Source of the DNA: Mobula hypostoma
Taxonomy: Eukaryota
DNA: 64,000 nt
Assembly (NCBI RefSeq): GCF_963921235.1
Contig: NC_086108.1
Location: forward strand, 6,820,001-6,884,000
Direction of reading: 5' to 3'
Under the pieces are notes generated by a model. That model worked only from the letters and a program-made list of their open reading frames with translations. It had not been told where the DNA came from and ran no database searches. Made by a program: the position numbers and the translations under genes. This document shows, in pieces, positions 13,540-27,911 of this stretch. Positions within the stretch are counted from its first letter, which is position 1. Each line of letters starts with the position of its first letter.

Positions 13540-14232
13540 GGATCATGCAGTTACAGCAATTGATTCACCTAGGCTAGCTCCTATTGACATCAATGGATCT
13601 GGGGTGGAGAGGGTGAACAGCTTTAAGTTCCTCAGCATAAACGTCACTGAGGATCTCACGTGGTCTGTACACACCAGCTGTGTGGTGAAAAAGACACAAC
13701 AGCGCCTCTTTCACCTCAGATGGTTGAAGAAGTTTGGTGTGGGCCCCCAAATCCCAAGAACTTTCTACAGGGGCACAATTGAGAGCATCCTGACTGGCTG
13801 CATCACTGCCTGGTATGGGAACTGTACCTTCCTCAATCGCAGGACTCTGCAGAGAGTGGTGCGGACAGCCCAGCGCATCTGTAGACGTGAACTTCCCACT
13901 ATTCAGGACACTTACAAAGACAAGGGTCCGAAGGATCATTGGGGACCCAAGTTACCCCAACCACAAACTGTTCTAGCTGCTTCCATCCAGGAAATAATAC
14001 TGCAACATAAAAGCCAAGATCAATAGGCTGCAGTACAGCTTCTTCTACCAGGCTATCAGACTGCTTAACTCGTGCTGACACAGCTGCATTTCTGTGTTAC
14101 ATTGACTATCCTGTTGTACATACTATTTATTATAAATTACTATAAATTGCACATTTAGAGATGTAACATACAGATTTTTACTACTCATGTTTATGAAGGA
14201 TGTATGTAATTAAAGCCAATTCAATTCAATTC
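13540..14232 (+). mobile_element. L2/Rex-Babar-type LINE 3' end
   Basis: VERVNSFKFL.INVTEDLTWSVHT...QQRLFHLR.LKKFG...FYRGTIESILTGCITAWYG; (CAATT)n tail. Confidence 0.8.
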
Positions 14233-14689
14233 GGCTGTTCATGAAAGTTTACAACTTCTGAGGCCACGGTATTGAGCTTATTCCTGCGACAATTCAGAAC
14301 AAGTCTAATCCCCTTGCTAGCATCTCTGTGGGCCTCCAATCACCTATCCTTACTTTTCTTGAAGATGTAGCAGTCTTGTCTTGACTTTTCCCTCCAGGCA
14401 CCAGCCTATAGGGAAAATTCCATTGTGAAATAAAAATAAATTTAAAATTTACAACTCCTCATTTTTTGACTAAAGGAAATGGACTTTCCATATTTCACTT
14501 GTAATACATCACCCATTTGGTTTCTTAACTCCACTGGAAATTGTCGCAGTTACTTCAAATCTGATTTTTGTACTCCTCTGTAGTTTGGTTTTATTACCTT
14601 TCAGGAGCTTTATAACTGCTCCCCGTGCCTTCATTTCTAAACTAAAATATATTAATACAATTGAGTCATGGAAGCTTGTGTTACCCGCT

Positions 14690-15125
14690 TCAGGTTTCTA
14701 TTACATTTTCTTCTTTATTCTTCTGCCCATCACTGCACTAGTGTTCAGTGCAGCAATGAAGGTCCTCTATCTCTGGTGGCGTTCACGACTTCCTTCATCG
14801 TGTCAGTAGCTTCCTCTCAGTTTACTGTCAGTCATGCAAGTCCTGGGCGGAGACTCAGGAATATCGTCACACTCAGATGTAGAAAGATGCTTCATTGCTG
14901 TTTCTGTCATAATTTTGTTTTTCCAGTCAGGGTTGTTAGGCCTGAGCTGAACCCCCGAACCCAGAGGACCAGTGGTCCACTCTTTGCCCTCCGGCCTTCG
15001 ACCAGTTTGGCACAGGCTATCCTACCAAGAGCCAAAGCATAAGGCTCTGACCCCAGCCAACATAGCTCTCCAGGTCATTGAGGCACACAGGCCTCCAAAC
15101 CACGACAAGATTGTGGTCCTCTTGC
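14690..15125 (-). mobile_element. RTE-derived bipartite SINE-like family
   Basis: 5' cttgtcgtggtttggagg...gcctcaatgac RTE-like head and ggaccttcattgctgc 3' end (with (TAAG)n tail in other copies); copies at 31335-31730 (+), 38825-39250, 60915-61330 and 63565-63800 (-). Confidence 0.6.
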
Positions 15126-15815
15126 AAGTCTTTAACATTTTATTTTGTTGTAATTCTATTGAATTACTGAGAGACTAGATTGAGGAGCCATTTTCTCTCC
15201 TGTACTTTTCCATTGCTCTAACAGAATGGGTACACACAGACTTAACTCACCAGGTGCAAAAACAAAATACAGATCTGAAAATACAAATCTCAGCTTTTAG
15301 CATGGCCAATATTTTACAGAGTTTTATAATTTTGTATTCTTTTGCAGCAGTTCTGTGGTTGTGGTGTGGGCCACATATATCAGAGCTGTTTTGAAAGGGA
15401 TCTTCCCCTGGGTGATAGCTCTATGAAAAAATGTCATCAAATTTACATGCATGTTTCAATGGGCTCTTCAGATGAGTTAGCGTTCTGCTTTGAACCAGAA
15501 GTCAAGTTCAAGGGACAACTGTTCGCAGAAAATGCTGAGCTTAATGGAAATGCACTTAAATGTAAATGGATTCATACAGACAATATTCATTAAATTTCAT
15601 TCTCTTTCCTTTGATGTAGAGCACTCTGAGCAATTTCTGGAACTGGAATAGCTTTAACATGTGCCAAGATGTTAAGAAAATATTTTTTCTCAACATTTTG
15701 TAGTTTTATTGTAAGAAATAATATATATCTCTCTCTCTTTTTTCCTCCTCTTCCTACTTGCCCACCTCCCCACCACCCCCATCACCACCACTACCAATTT
15801 GGACTCTATTTGCAG

Positions 15816-15894
15816 TTGGAAAGATGGTCTGGCATTCAATGCCCTCATTCATAGACACAGGCCAGAACTCATTGATTATGACAAGTTGAGGAAG
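15816..15894 (+). CDS. ACTN4: alpha-actinin-4 exon 6, 79 nt
   Basis: tttgcag|TTGG...AGGAAG|gtatgt; [26 protein letters not shown] (AFNAL is ACTN4-type). Confidence 0.95.
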
Positions 15895-17725
15895 GTATGT
15901 TGCAAGCTTAACCTTATTGTGTTAATTTTTATAATCTTCCATATAACTTGTATCTTTGTTACAGGTGCAGCAGAAGTGCAAATTATAACAATTCAGAATC
16001 AGAATAAGAATCATGTTTTATATGACCAGTATATGTCATGAAGTTTGTTAACTCTGCGGCAGCCGTACATGATAATAGGAAAAAAAACTGTGAATTACAC
16101 TAAGTGTATATGTATATTAAATAATTTAATTAAAATAAGTAGTGCAAAAATAGAAATTTAAAAAAAAGTAATGAGGTAGTGTTTATGGGTTCAATGTCAA
16201 TTTAGAAGTCTGATGGCAGAGAAGAAGCTGTTCCTGAATCACTGAGTATGTGCCTTCAAGCTTCTGTACCTCCACCTTGATGGTAGCAGGACACGTCCTG
16301 GGTGGTGGGGTCCTTAATGATAAACAGCACCTTTCTGAGGCATTGCTCCTTGATGCTATGAAGGCTAGTGTCCATGATGGAGCTTTCTTCGATCCTGTAC
16401 AGTAGCACCCCTCTTCCCCGCCCCCCCGCCCCTCAATACCAGTTAGAGATGCAGCCAGTCAGAATGCTCTCCTCCATGGTACATCTGCAGAAGTTTTCAA
16501 GTGTTTTAGGTGACAAACCAAATTTACAGGGACTTTGTCGTGTCTGGAGGGCCTGAGATAAAAGGAAAGATTGAATAGGGTAGGACTTTATCTGTTGGAA
16601 CGCAGAAGATTGAAGGTAGATTTGAGAGTCATACAAAATTATGAGGGGTATAGATAGGGTAAATGCCAAGCATCTTTTCCCACTGAGGTTGGGTGAGAGT
16701 ACAACTGGAGGTCATGGGTTAAGGGTGAAAGGTGAAAAGTTTAAGTGGATCATGAGGGGAAACTTCTTCACTCTGTGGGTCGTGAGAGTGTGGAATGAGC
16801 TGCCAGTGTAAGTGGTGCATGCAAGGTTGATTTAAGCATTTCAGAGAAGTTTGGATAGGTACATGGATAGTAGAGATATGGAGTGCTATGATCCCTGTGT
16901 AGGTTGATGGGAGTAGGCAGTTTAAATGGCTTGGCATTGACTAGTTGGGCCAAAGGGCCTGTTTCTGTGCTGTAGTTTTCTATGACTCTAGCGGATCTGG
17001 ATGCTTGGATTAAGAGTTCAGATAACCGTGATAGCTCTGAAATTTAAATTTTAGTTACAAGTCTAGAATTTGCAAATTCTTGATTACAGGACAGGTCGAG
17101 TACCCCTTATCTGAAATTCCAAAATCCAAAAATCTCCAAAATTATTATTTTTTTTTTGGGAGCACTGACATGCCCTCAGAAAAGGAAAATTCCACAAGGA
17201 GCTTGGAAGGTTCCCAGGTGATGCGCAGATCTCTGGCGGCACCTAATTAGTTAGCTTGTTTATTTCGGCTTTTTTCTCAAAGATGTGCTGGGTGTATTCC
17301 AGCTACCGCAACACCGCTGCGTTCTTCGCGGCAATGTATTTGTCCACGGCCCGGAGGTTGGGGACCACTGCTATTAGGCATATCAAATTGGGAATATTTC
17401 AAAAGTTAAAAGTAAACTTATGATCAAAGAATATACTGTATGTCACCATATACAACACCGAAATTCATTTTGTTGTGTGCCTGTTCAATAAATCCATAAT
17501 AGAATAATAACCAATGAGGAATTTTGACCCCTTATGTGCTGACATTGTAGAGGACTCAAAGCAGGTTCATGAAAACGATTCCAGGATTGAAAGGCGTTTA
17601 ATGGCTCTGGGCTTGAATTATAATTTATGTATGTTGAAGGTTGTGTTTGAAATGGAGGAAAAAGGTGTTTCTGTAATCTGTAATGTTGGTTGTTTGACCT
17701 TTCGGCGCCTCTTTCATCCTGATAG

Positions 17726-17807
17726 GACGATCCTCTCTCAAATCTGAACAATGCCTTTGAAGTGGCAGAGAAATATTTAGATATACCTAAGATGTTGGAC
17801 GCAGAAG
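17726..17807 (+). CDS. ACTN4: alpha-actinin-4 exon 7, 82 nt
   Basis: gatag|GACGAT...GCAGAAG|gtgagt; DDPLSNLNNAFEVAEKYLDIPKMLDAE. Confidence 0.95.
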
Positions 17808-19104
17808 GTGAGTGATTTTTTTTGTGCGGTGGGGCTATCCTTGGTGTCCACTTACAAGCTTGCTGTAATTTGTTTACTAATACAGAATATTCTTCCTTAG
17901 GTCTTGTTCTATTTTTATAAGAGTTTTGGATGGCTTTTGAATTTTAACTGCAGGGTGTTTGGAAATAAAGGCTGAAGTTGTCACCGTAGAATTCACTAAA
18001 TTTTAATTCTGCGCTAGCAGGTTATTGTCAAGAGAGGCTTTGTAGGCTGGTGTAAATGCTCAAGTGACAGCCCACTCACATTCTTTTTACCAGTAGGGAA
18101 TGTCGGAAAGAACTTGAGCCTCAGCTACAGAAATGCAAATAGTTGTCTCAGTACAGTTTCAGGAGAGTTAATGGGCCTTTTCGTGCTTGTTGCTCTTGAG
18201 GGCTTCTTGGCACCCCTCCACCCAGTGTTTTTTTTTCCTGCAGAAATCTAGATTAAAAATCTAATTTTCGTATGAAGGTTTACTCTTTGAGTAATTAGCC
18301 TCTTAACTGCAGTGGTTTGTGAGAAAAGTAGCAGGAAGTTAATTTTTAAACCTTTACTACTTGGGTAATGTATTTAAAATTTTAAATAATGACCAAGATC
18401 TTGAGGGTAGCTATTGAATCCCCAGTCTCGCTCCCCACACCCCCGCCTCCACATCCCAGGTTGCTCTACTGTGAGGATTTGAGCTAACCATTATGCGATC
18501 CTGCCGCCCCAATTTTTGAATTGATACATATTAGAAATACTTTTTGGTGGTGTATTTACCTTAATCCTGATTGCAGCTACAACAGCATTGTGTGCAGTGA
18601 ACATTTGCTTTTGGTTTGTTAGGATCCAATGTCTCAGCACGAATCAAATCCAAGTTTTTTTTAAATATTTAAAAGTAGAATCACAGACAACAGAAACTAG
18701 GAGAAGCATACAATATTTAAATTGCTGAAGTTATTTCTATAATAGAGTTTCTTAACACAATGAAATTCCATATGTTTGCGTTCATGGTATTTGCATTTAC
18801 TGAAAGATTTTGATGAAAAGCAATTCTCACTTGGCAGTATTGTCCTTTACGGTTAAGTTCCAGCCTTGACTTCCAACTTCCTGCTCTGTCATTACAGCTT
18901 ACAGATCCTGCAAACACTTGCTTTTCCCACACTCCCATGAGAACAACGGTCTTAGCTGCCTCATTATAATTATGAAATTGGTTCCTGGGAGTCTCAGGAC
19001 AGCTTCAACTCCATTTATATATTAAAAAAAAGGAGGGGGCCTATGACACGAGGTAGAGCTGTACACTTGAATTACAATTTGACGTACACAAGAGGTTCTG
19101 CAGA

Positions 19105-19640
19105 AGGTCCCAATGAAGGGTTCCGGCCCAAAATGTCAACTGTTTACCGTTTTCCATAGATGTTGCCTGGCCTGCTGAGTTCCTCCAGCATTTTGTGCGT
19201 TTGGCTCTGGATTTCCAGCATCTGAAGAATCTCAAAGATGAGAAAACCTGCAGATACTGGAAATCCAAAGCAACACACACAAAATGCTGAAGGAACTCAG
19301 CAGGCCAGGCAGCATCTATGGAAAAGAGTAAACAGTCGATGTTTCAGGCTGAGACCCTTCATCGGGACTGGAAAGGAAGGGGGAAGAAAACAGAATAAGA
19401 AGTGGGTGGAGGGGAAGGGGTGCAGGTTGGAAGGTGTTAAGTAAAGCCAGGTGCTTGGGGGAGGGGGATATGTGAGAATCTGTAAGGTGGTAAGTGGAAA
19501 AAGTAAAGGGCTGAAGAAGAATGAATCTGATTGGAGAGGAGAGTGGGGAAAAGGGAGGAGGAAGAGTACCAAGGGGAGGTGATAGGTTAGTGAGGAGAAG
19601 AGGTAAGAAGGGAGCTAGAGGAGGGAATGGAAGAAGAGGT
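19105..19640. mobile_element. Adjacent inverted Penelope-like terminal repeats
   Basis: + copy at about 19105-19225 followed directly by a - copy at about 19243-19640. Confidence 0.7.
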
Positions 19641-21009
19641 AATTTTCCCCCCCTCTTCCTCTTCCCTCTTCTGGTCTGTAAGACAGAGCCACTGACCCTG
19701 CCTTGGCACCTTTTCCAAATTTTGTTCTTTTAGAGACAGGCAAAAAATATGAGTGAAATCTGGTAGCTATTAATGGTAGACAGGGAGGAAATGGAACCAG
19801 TTTACGTGGGTGGGAAGTGTCCTTTGAGAGGAATGTGCAAATAGCAAGCACTTTTAAAAAAATATATTTTTCCTACATCATCAGGACAAAATAAGAAAAA
19901 CATAGTTGTTGCATAAGGGTACTCCTGCACAAAATGAGTTGAACACCTTGATGATCTAGTAAAGGCAGTCTTCCATCCAGGTAGACTGCCACTCTCCTGA
20001 ACTTGAGCCCAAACTTGGGCTGCTGCTTTGCACAAGTTTTCTGGCACAAATTTTAAAGACCACCCAGCTCGTCACAGTCATCATCATCTGTGGGGTCAAT
20101 AGTTCCTGTTCTGCTCACCCCATGTAGACCATGAGATGGAGGAGCAGAATTAGGCCATTCGGCCTATCGAGTTTCCTCTGCCATTTCATCCTGGCTGATT
20201 TATTCTCTCTTTCAACCCAATTCCACTGCACTGGGGCAGTTGCATTTTCCTCCTCATTCTGATGAATTGATACAAGCAAGCAGATAAGTGAGTAGCTGAG
20301 ACTTGCATCTTATTCCTGATGTGAGGTCTGTGTCCCATGTGGCTTATATTTATGGTGATAGTAGGTATGTATACATGTGCCTTGTCTCTGCAGCGCTGCC
20401 AAAAATATTTAGGCATTTCCTTGAATTGTTGACACTGTTTCTAAGAAGTCACCTCCAGATTATTGCAGTGGTCTTGCTTATGGCTCTTTGATTGTGATGT
20501 TGAGACTGATTTTTAAGATTAGCTTTATTTGTCACATGTAGTAAAATGTGTCATTTGCGTCAAAACAGATCAACGATGATTGTGCTGGGATCAGCTCCCA
20601 GGTTTTGCCATGTTTCGAGTGCCGACATAGCACGCCCACAATTTCCTAACCCTAACCTTAACTCTGGTCTTTGGAATTTGGGAGGAAACCAGAAAGATGT
20701 AGCATGCCCACAGTTTACTATCCCTAACCCTGACCGGTTTGTCTTAGGAATGTGGGAGGAAACCGGAACACCCAGAGGGAACCTTCGTGGTCACAGGGAG
20801 AACATACAAGCTCCTTAGTGGCAGACATTGAACACTGATTGGCGATCACTGGCACTATAAAGAGCTTGTGCTAACCACTATGCTATTGTGCCAGTCTGCA
20901 GTGTACTTCTACCAATAAAAATGAGGATTTCACAAAAACTTCTGATTGTAGATGCAATCCAGTTACTAGTGGAGCAAAAACATGGCTGTTAAGGAATTAG
21001 GGTAGTTGG

Positions 21010-21850
21010 CCATAAGACCATAAGATATAGGAGCAGTATTAGGCCATTTGACCCATCGAGTCTTGTCTGCCATTTCATCATGGCTAATTGATTTTTTTCC
21101 TCTCAGACCCAATCTCCTGCCTTTCTCCCTGTATCCCTTTATGCCCTGACCAATCAAGAATCTATTAACCTCTGCCGTAAATTTACCTAAAACTCCTTCC
21201 ACAGCCACCTATGGCAATGAATTCCAAATATTCACGATTCTCTGGCTAAAGAACTTCTTCCTCATCTCCGTTCTAAATGGACACCCCTCTATTCTGAGGC
21301 TGTGTCGTCTGGTCCTGGACTCTTCCACCATAGGGGCTGTCCTCTCCATGTCCACTCTGTTGAGACTTTTCACCTTTGGATAGGTTTCAATTAGCACATC
21401 CCTCAGTCTTCTGAATTCTAGTGAATACGGGCCCAGGGCCATCAAACGCTCTTCATATGGCAAGCCATTCAATCCGGGAGTCATTTTTGTGAACTTCGAA
21501 CTCTCTCCAGTGTCAGCACATCCTTTCCGAAGGTGAATGGCCCAAAACTGCTCACAATGCTCCAAGTGAGGCCTCACAAGTGCTTTATAAAACCTCAACA
21601 TTACATCCTTGCTTTTATATTCTAGACCTCTTGAAATGTATGCCAACATCGCATTTGCTGACTCAACCTGCAAATTAACCTTTAAGGAATTCTGCACAAG
21701 GACTTCCCAAAACCCTTTGCACCTCAGAATTTAAAATTTTCTCTCCATTTAGAAAATAGTCTACGCTTTTATTTCTTCTTCCAAAGTGCACAACCATATT
21801 CTTCCGACACTGTATTCCATTTACAGCTTCTTTGCCCATTCTTCTAATCT
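21010..21850 (-). mobile_element. CR1 LINE 3' fragment
   Basis: ORF 21209-21697: ANAMLAYISRGLEYKSKDVMLRFYKALVRPHLEHCEQFW...FFSQRIVNIWNSLP. Confidence 0.85.
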
Positions 21851-23247
21851 GTCTTTGCCTAATGACATTGAAATTCTTTTGTTACTTGCATCAGAAAGAC
21901 CGCTCGTCTAATAATTTTGGTCCTTCATTCTGAATGCAGCCTGTGGAGCAAGTCAACTCCACAAAAAGGATCTTTTCGGAAATTGAGTTATTGATCCCAG
22001 CACTTGCAGGAAGCTCTTTAAACTGACTTCAGCAAACTGTGAACATCATTAGTGTAGGAATTGGATGCTATTAGGCGAAGAAGGGGCAGATGTTTCCTTG
22101 TTACAAACATGTTCTAGTGTATACACGTGATGCTAAAAGGTTAAATTGTTCTGTTTACTGAATGAACGGTAAAGCTGTAGCAAAATCTTATACTTAGTTA
22201 GTGAGCTATTCCTCCCCGCCCCCAGATTTTAGTATTTATCAATTCTGGTAGTTGGAGCAAACTGATCAAAAAGGAAATGAAGTTCAAAGTACATTTATTA
22301 TCAAAGTATGTATACTTTATACAACCTTGAGAATCACCTCCTTACAGGTAGCCACAGAACAAAGACACCCAAAAGAACCAATTTTGAAAAAAAAACAAGC
22401 ACTCATGTGCAGAGGAGAGAAAAAACCAAATCATGCAAACAATAAAACAATAAAAGAACAAAAGGGAGTCCACAGATATGAGGCCCCGAGCAGCTGGAGC
22501 AGGCTGCAGCTCAGTTCTGCACAGAGCTGAGTAAACGTTGTGGAACAGGGATTGGTAATGGCCAAAACCCTCGCCTTTGGTTCTGATATCTTCCCTTTTT
22601 GAGCCATCTGGTCTGGGGCTTAAATTATCCAAATATCGAGTCGTTACTCACTCTAGGACCTGGGCCCTGTTGAATTGAAATGCTCTGGTTCTGGACCCCA
22701 CTACCCCGTTTCGTCCTTACCTGACCTTTCCAAGTCAGCCTGGCACTTAGATCAATCAAATCACAAGACACCTAGGACACCCTCCTTTGTGAAGAGATGG
22801 AGCACAAGCACTGATCACGTGTCCCTGTTTTGGATAGAATGAGGCCGTTTCCATGTTTTGTGTTACATCACTGCCTGTTGCAGTCTCAGTGTCCCAGGCT
22901 TGATTTTGTTTTGGTGCCATGAATCTCATGAAAGTGAGTCAGTGGACACGAAACAAGTCATCAATGCAGCTGATTCAGGAGCCGGTTAGTCGCAGGCCAC
23001 TGCCTCAGTTCAGCGCAGAGATGAGTAAATCTCAGAGCAGGGAGCTGAACTGGCCCCTCCCTCTCTGCTGGCCCTGTCACCCTGACCTTTTCAATCTGCC
23101 CAGCTTTTAAATCGTCCATGTGTATACACTATACATATGTTAACTTAGTCCGAACGTGACTTCCCCAGTAGACTCATAATTGATTCCTCTCAGTTTATTT
23201 ATTTATTTATTGAGCTACAATGGGGAACAGGCCATATGAGCTACACC

Positions 23248-23281
23248 GTCCTGACGAAGGGTCTCGGCCTGAAACGTCGAC
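23248..23281 (+). ncRNA. Minimal type I hammerhead ribozyme motif in a Penelope-like repeat
   Basis: GTC-CTGACGA-AGG gtctcgg CCT-GAAAC-GTC|GAC: both core boxes, stems I and II, and a GUC triplet. Confidence 0.65.
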
Positions 23282-25149
23282 TGCACCTCTTCCTACAGAT
23301 GCTGCCTGGCCTGCTGCGTTCACCAGCAACTTGGATGTGTGTTGGTTGAATCCCTAATTTAATCCAAGCCTAATCAATGGGCAGTTTATAATGTGGAAGG
23401 AAACTGGAGCACCTGGAGGAGACCCATGCAGTCGTGGGGTAGAAAATTAAGAACTTTACAGACAGCACGGGAATTGAACCTGGGTTGTCTGTACTGTAAA
23501 GTATTGTGCGATGTTTGATTAGCAGAATTACAGAGCACTACAGCACAGAAACAGGCCCTTCAGCCCATCTAGTTTGTGCCAAACTGTTACTCTGCCTAAG
23601 TAGGTGGAAATGCAGTCCTGGATGCCAGGCAAGGATGAGATTTGGCTCGTGAGTTCCACTGGAATGTGAAACTGCTTTTTTTTCCCCTGGACCTTTGTAA
23701 GTAAAGACATTCTGGAGTCCGTGATTTTTGGGTATGGCTGGGAAAGCTGACTTCCGTTTGATTTGAATACTGTTAAGCTCGTCTGCAAACCTAAAGCTAC
23801 TTTACATTGTTGACGGCATTGCAGCAATCTTGTGGCGTGCAGGGATCAGTGCTGGGGTGGTGGGTGTTTGCATTAAATTAGCTTTCAACTGTAAGAATTT
23901 TGGGAAGCGATTTTGTATTGAAAGTGGATGTTAAGCTTAACGTTATTTTTACTTCCTTCATGATGTTCTGCTGTTCCAACATTTTATAATTTCAAACCAC
24001 AGTTTCCTGTTTAATTTTTTAAAAAAAAAACACACTCCTTTCATCTATATTGCCAAAATAATGAATCTTCAATCCACAGCAGGAAGGCCCAAACTTTTCA
24101 GTGAAATTGTAACAGGTGTGGCTACAAGAGCCAAGCATAGAGTTTATATTTTCCCATTAATTGGCAGAATTTGCAAATGGTGATCTCACTGGACTATTCG
24201 GATCTTTGAGGCAAAAAAGTGAAAAACAGCTGTCTGGAGACTCCAAGGCAGGACAGATTTGTGCTTTTGATGCAGGTTGCTGTAGTCCAGTAGAATTGAT
24301 AATGTAATTAAGTTATAGTTCTTTAAACCACATTTAAAAGGAGTTTATTCTTTCCTTATTTAATTATGATGTAATACATTTCTGTTTCATTCTTGTGTAA
24401 TGTTGTATGCCTGGATATTTGTAGAAAATGCAGGTTAACTTCCATATTTCTGTTTTTGTTTTATCTTACTCTACATGTTTGTGCAAATGTGCTTATAAAT
24501 AATGTCTATAAACTGGAATAGACTCAAATTTGTGAATGTGAAAATCTTTGAAAACTTTAGATGCTAGTGTTCTCAAGTTTTTAAAAGTGCAGTGTTCAGC
24601 AGGTCAAGCTCACATCTGTGGAAAGAAATGGTCAATTTGTCAGGTTGAAAACACTTTGTTAGGGAAAGTCAAGAGAATGCAATATTGCTGAAAAAGTGGG
24701 AGAATGACCTAAAACGTAAAATAGTTCAAGTTTATTGTCTTTCAACCATATGCACGTATATGGCCAAATGAAACAATGTCCCAACCCTTCGAGCCACAAT
24801 GTTGTCCCAGGTTGTTCACACCTACTCCACAACCAATGTAATCTTTCCCTCCAATGTAGTCCATAGCCCTTCATTTTTCTTAAACATCACTGTTGTATCA
24901 GGCTGTACCACCATCCTAGCAGTATGTACCAGCCACCCTCCTTTCTCCGTATTTAAAAGAAAAACTACTGATGCCTCCCCTAAACGTTTCTCCACTCACC
25001 TTAAACAAATCTCTCCGATTCATACCTTTGGCTTCATCCTTTCTGCTCCCCTCATGTCACCTAGTATTTTTTTCTTCTCCTTCATAGTTCAGAAACATTT
25101 TCCACAGATACTGAGTGTTTCTGGCACTTCCTATTTTTAAGTGGACCTT

Positions 25150-25480
25150 TTCACTCAGTGGAGTAGTGGGATGCAGAATCTTCCCTACCAAAGGAGGTGT
25201 GAGGTGCTCCTTCCCTTCGCTAGCCTGCAGGTCACCCTTGGGCAGGTGTAGCACCTGCAGCTGGTGCATATCACAAGTCCTGGTTATGTGACCACTGATG
25301 CCAGGGAGATAATCTCCGAAGAGTATTGATTATCACTAGGGCCATCCATCTTGTAAAGACACTGCCTAGAAGAAGGCAAAAGCAAGCCACTTCTGTACAA
25401 AAAATTGCCAAGAACAATCATGGTCATGGAAAGACCATGATTGCCCACATCATACGTCACAGCACATAACAAACGCACAA
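25150..25480 (+). mobile_element. SINE-like element with an RTE/BovB-like 3' tail
   Basis: agaagaaggcaaaagcaagccacttctgta...ttgccaagaacaatcatgg resembles RTE 3' ends (from memory). Confidence 0.45.
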
Positions 25481-26838
25481 CTCACTGAGTGGTGCAACAG
25501 TTTTGGGTATAATTGTATATTTTTGTCCAGGTCAGTTATTCCTTTTCCATATATTTAAGTATGTAATTTTTGTTCCAACATAATTTTTTTTTAATGTGGG
25601 TGAATTTAATAGATGACCAATGATTTAAAGTGTCAGTAGACAATATTTGAAGTACTAATGTCTTGGTGCACCTGCAAAATTCTTCTTGTTTTGTTAAATT
25701 AATTTTGTCATTAATCTAATTGGGATCTATTATACTAGAGGCTTTAGAGTTTAGATTAAACAAACTTAATTAATGAAAATTTCCCTTCAATTCCTGTAGA
25801 AAGCAGAAAGTACTGCAGAGTACATATTGGTAGATATTTTGCACAATGTTTATAGATTTAGATACACAATGGCAGTTTATGCCTTTTGACAAAAGTGTTC
25901 TGAAAACCTAATGCCTTGGTGTCTGTGACTGATAGCACTCGGTAAGCACACTACACGCAGATGGACCCACATGCTGAAACGCACACGCACATGCATACAA
26001 TCTTGTCATTCTGCTGAGTGCAAGTACTTCAATGTCTGTCCCCATACACTCTCACAATGGGCCCTAAACTGAGCTGATGGGCTCAGGTTGTCTTGATATG
26101 CTGCCTTTTCCGACTGCAAGGTGGAATATTCCATTTCTGTAGTGATGGAGCTGTGTAAGTACGTATATGTTGTTTGCACACTGTATTTAAGGTAGATAGT
26201 TCTGTTTATTTTGTAATATGATTATAACTGCATTGTGGGATGCATCATATTCTAATTCATATGTAGTCTTAAGTTAACTTTGTGGGTGCAGTGCTGTATG
26301 TCCTGGTGTAAAGAAAAGGAGCTGATTGTTGGTAAGGGAGAGCGATGGGGGCCACCAACAGTTCACACTGAACAAGAATAAGTACAGAGCTATTATTGTG
26401 TTTTCTGGTAGCTGTATTATTGGAAGTTTTCTTTTCATTATTTTCGCTAATTTTTGTAAGTTTGATTCTCGATGCACCTAATAAGACTCTTACACTAAAG
26501 TGCTAAGTGACTCCAGCCATTTTTACTTTGGTCATAACTAACATTGTCAATCAGTTTCAGTTATAGAGTCCGGTGTATCACTTGTTAATTTTTCATCAGT
26601 ATGTTGTACTTTTTTGGTCATGGAAAATGCAGCTGTTTTGCATGTATTTATAGAACATTTTGTGGGCCCCAAATAGATTTGTGGGGTAGAACGTTGTAAG
26701 TGTGCCAATTTGCATTTACCTTCGATGAAATCGAAAGTGTCTTGATGGTAAGATTTGTACATTTTGATTGCTCTGTGGATAAAAGCATGCAAGTATTTAA
26801 TAACCTGTGCTAGATGTTGATTTAGAAGCCTCTAATAA

Positions 26839-26979
<141 letters not shown>

Positions 26980-27146
26980 TGATCTCACGCTTCTCTTTCA
27001 GCTATCCTTCAGATATTAAAATTTCCTGGTTCCAGGCATGATGCTGCCCCCTGTGCTCTTGCATATACCGTACGATGAGAGTACTAGTTTTTTTTTCTGC
27101 TTGTGGCATGATGCAACCTTACTCTGCTGACTTTCTCTCTGCACAG

Positions 27147-27232
27147 ATATTGTAGGCACTCTCAGGCCAGACGAAAAGGCTATTATGACTTACGTTTCCT
27201 GCTACTACCATGCCTTCTCGGGTGCTCAAAAG
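27147..27232 (+). CDS. ACTN4: alpha-actinin-4 exon 8b (mutually exclusive), 86 nt
   Basis: ctgac branch-like motif, pyrimidine tract, gcacag|ATATTG...CAAAAG|gtgagc; [29 protein letters not shown]; same length and phase as 8a. Confidence 0.93.
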
Positions 27233-27404
27233 GTGAGCTCTTGCCCTCATGCAAGCATTCTCTCTGCCTGCGTGCTTTTGGTCTTCTGCGGTGCTCGTAT
27301 CTTATTGTGAGGTGATACACACTTGATATTTCTTTGTATATGGTGCAAATATATTTTCTATAGGTTGACTAGTGTCACTTTTAAGGTTATGTAGTACGCA
27401 TATA

Positions 27405-27911
27405 CACTCATTGACCACTGTATTAGGTAACTGGTGGAATCCGGTATGGTCTTCTGCTGCTGTAGCCCACCCACTTTGAAGTTCAACGTGCTATGTGTTC
27501 AAAGAAGCTCTTCTGCACCCCACTGTTGAAGCATGTGGTTTATTTGAGTTACTGTAATCTTGAACCAGTCTGGCCATTCCCCTCTGATCTTCCTCATTAG
27601 CAAGGTGCTTTCGCCCACAGATCTGCCACTCACTGGATATTTTTTCTCTATAGACTACAGAGACTGCTGTGTGTAAAAATACCAGGAGATCAGCAGCTTC
27701 TGAAATGCTCAAACCGCCTTGTCTGGCACCAACAATCATTCCACAGTCAAAGTCACTTAGATCATACTTCTTCCCCATTCTGATGTGTCGTCTGAACAAC
27801 ACCTGACCCTCTTGACCATGTCTGCGTGCTTTTATACATCAAGTTGCTGTTACATGATTGTTACATTAGATAATAATGAGCAGGTGTACCCAGTAAAGTG
27901 GCCACTGAGTG
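27405..27911 (-). mobile_element. Non-autonomous Tc1/mariner element
   Basis: TA-flanked TIRs CACTCATTGACCACTGTATTAGGTA / TACCCAGTAAAGTGGCCACTGAGTG; remnant MGKKYDLSDFDCGMIVGARQGGLSISEAADLL Tc1 HTH. Confidence 0.85.
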